A stretch of 29,913 nt of DNA. Source: Spirochaetales bacterium. Its GTDB lineage: Bacteria > Spirochaetota > Spirochaetia > JABEVK01. Positions 28,799-29,913 of this stretch are shown here, piece by piece. Made by a program: the position numbers and the translations under genes. Each line of letters begins with the position of its first letter. The first letter of the stretch is position 1. The stretch spans positions 1-29,913 of the forward strand of contig JABEVL010000029.1 in assembly GCA_013043995.1 (NCBI GenBank), in the 5' to 3' direction. A model generated the notes under the pieces. The model ran no database searches. It saw nothing but the letters and a program-made list of their open reading frames with translations, and was not told where the DNA came from.

Positions 28799-29200
28799 CT
28801 AGTTGTTCCACCAGGTCTCGATTTTCAAGCCCTCTATCCGACCGAATTCTTTGGTATTGCGAGTTACGAGAGTTCCGTCGTGGAACCTGGTAATAGCGGC
28901 AATCAGAAGGTCATTTGGTCCCACAATTTTGCCTTCCTCCTCGGTTTGCTTTCGAATTGCAGCATATTCGTAGCAGACCGGCTCATCGAAAGGCGTGACT
29001 TCAAATGGCTCCAGAAATTGCTCGAGCTGATCTTGCGTCTTCTGAGGATTCTTGCTCTTGTATGCGCCCAGAAGAAGCTCGGCCTTCACCAGCGATGGAA
29101 TCTTGATTTCGTTGGGCGGTGTAGAGAGTATTTTGCGTCGGATTGATTCGGAGGATCCGTTCAAGAAGTAAATGCACGTATTGGAGTCGAGAAAATACAT
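28799..29200 (-). CDS. vapC: VapC family PIN toxin
   Basis: YFLDSNTCI, AELLLGA, GPNDLLIAA, LVTRNTKEF.RIEGL; TGATG overlap with the upstream antitoxin. Confidence 0.95.
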   Translation of the reverse strand: MYFLDSNTCIYFLNGSSESIRRKILSTPPNEIKIPSLVKAELLLGAYKSKNPQKTQDQLEQFLEPFEVTPFDEPVCYEYAAIRKQTEEEGKIVGPNDLLIAAITRFHDGTLVTRNTKEFGRIEGLKIETWWNN

Positions 29201-29430
29201 CAGAAGGACTCTCGCGGACTATCACCGGTGAATTGTGGCTGAGCAGGTCTTTCAAATGTCTCATCGGAGATCACACCGTAAAGGTCTTCGTATCCCTTTG
29301 GATATACAGGCTCGACCTTCGATCGTATTTGGTCGGCTACCCATTTTGATATCGAGACATGCTGACGTGACGCAGCGCCCTCGACCTTTCTCAAGGTTGC
29401 TTCATCGATGTAGAGAGAGATTTGCGGCAT
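29200..29430 (-). CDS. CopG/RHH-type VapB antitoxin
   Basis: MPQISLYIDEATLRKVEGAASRQHVSISKWVADQI; translationally coupled to vapC. Confidence 0.85.
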   Translation of the reverse strand: MPQISLYIDEATLRKVEGAASRQHVSISKWVADQIRSKVEPVYPKGYEDLYGVISDETFERPAQPQFTGDSPRESF

Positions 29431-29446
29431 GAGATCCCCCTAAGCA

Positions 29447-29495
29447 ACAATAAGTCGCTCTGGATGAACTGTCAAGTATATGTCCACGTATACTT
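29447..29495 (-). promoter_or_regulatory. TA promoter with palindromic operator
   Basis: TTGACA (29475-29470), 17 bp spacer, TATTGT (29452-29447). The inverted repeat AAGTATA-N8-TATACTT (29474-29495) overlaps the -35 box. Confidence 0.8.
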
Positions 29496-29636
29496 ATTCC
29501 GATTTCCCCTGCCCGAAGCGTCCGGCTCCTCCTATATTTTTCGTCCAGCGACGCCCGCGACTCCTTTTGATTTCACCTCATACCTCTCCAGTTTTAGTTG
29601 GTATTTCACTGGGCCGAAATCCGGATACAAAGCTTT

Positions 29637-29913
29637 TCGTGTAGCCAGAACCCACATCGTCTCGATCATTTAGGAATTGCTTTTGGAGCTTCCCCATCGC
29701 CAATTCGTCTTCACGGTACCCAAGATCCTTAAGCCCTATTTCAAAAACGACAAGCGGCTCTTCGGCGAGGTCTCGAAGTTGATTTTCGAGTTGCTGTCGG
29801 GGTTCTTCAGCTTGGCGGCCCAGCGGGAGCTTTTGCGCGGGTGTGTCGCCTCTTACCAGTCGTTCGGAGAGTTTGCACGATTCCACCCGCATTGGCACGT
29901 TCTGGTCCTGGAA
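29637..29913 (+). pseudogene. IS91-family (HUH/Y2) transposase remnant, decayed at the 5' end, continuing beyond the window
   Basis: Manual translation from 29674: ELLLELPHRQFVFTVPKILKPYFKNDKRLFGEVSKLIFELLSGFFSLAAQRELLRGCVASYQSFGEFARFHPHWHVLVLE. This contains PHRQFVFT and the HUH motif HPHWH. An in-frame TAG lies at 29671-29673, and only an SCSQ trace of the zinc knuckle remains, in another frame. Confidence 0.8.

Noticed and set aside
29590-29605. CTAAAAC on the minus strand as an attI site
   Set aside because: It is not followed by the GTTRRRY core at the expected distance, and no integrase is visible.
28385-29673. Plus-strand ORFs 28385-28765, 28645-28893, 28772-29146, 29143-29349, 29235-29432 and 29422-29673
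   Set aside because: They are antisense to the TA genes or span promoters and attC-like sites, with no coding signatures.
29578-29898. 106-aa minus-strand ORF at the right end
   Set aside because: Antisense shadow of the IS91 transposase frame, which carries the recognisable motifs.

Overview
About 27.9 kb of core genome from a spirochaete-type bacterium, followed by about 2 kb of accessory DNA. The lineage call rests on a Borrelia-like EF-Tu, the RpoB S531N signature and spirochaete-like gene order. Plus strand: 3' part of rpoB, rpoC, rpsL, rpsG (no fusA), a ~370 bp highly structured intergenic region, tuf, the complete S10 and spc clusters, secY, rpmJ, rpsM, rpsK (no adk/map/infA, no rpsD), rpoA and rplQ. 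These are followed by an ~897-aa uncharacterised two-TM membrane protein with a long Glu-rich repeat region, then rny, a YmdB-like phosphoesterase and tlyA. The right end holds two tandem minus-strand antitoxin/PIN-toxin pairs, each with its own sigma70 promoter and palindromic operator and each followed by a degenerate attC-like hairpin, plus a decayed IS91-family (HUH) transposase running off the window. Best candidates for something new: (i) the ~320-nt tuf/S10 leader, with about ten hairpins, a thrice-repeated motif and a long-range anti-SD helix that could sequester the tuf ribosome-binding site; (ii) apparent immobilised integron TA cassettes, one cut at an IS91-type GTTC tetranucleotide next to an HUH transposase remnant; (iii) the acidic membrane protein between rplQ and rny, with an odd terminator/SD/slippery-site start region. 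No tRNA, rRNA or CRISPR array was seen. All structure calls were made by eye, without folding software or database searches.
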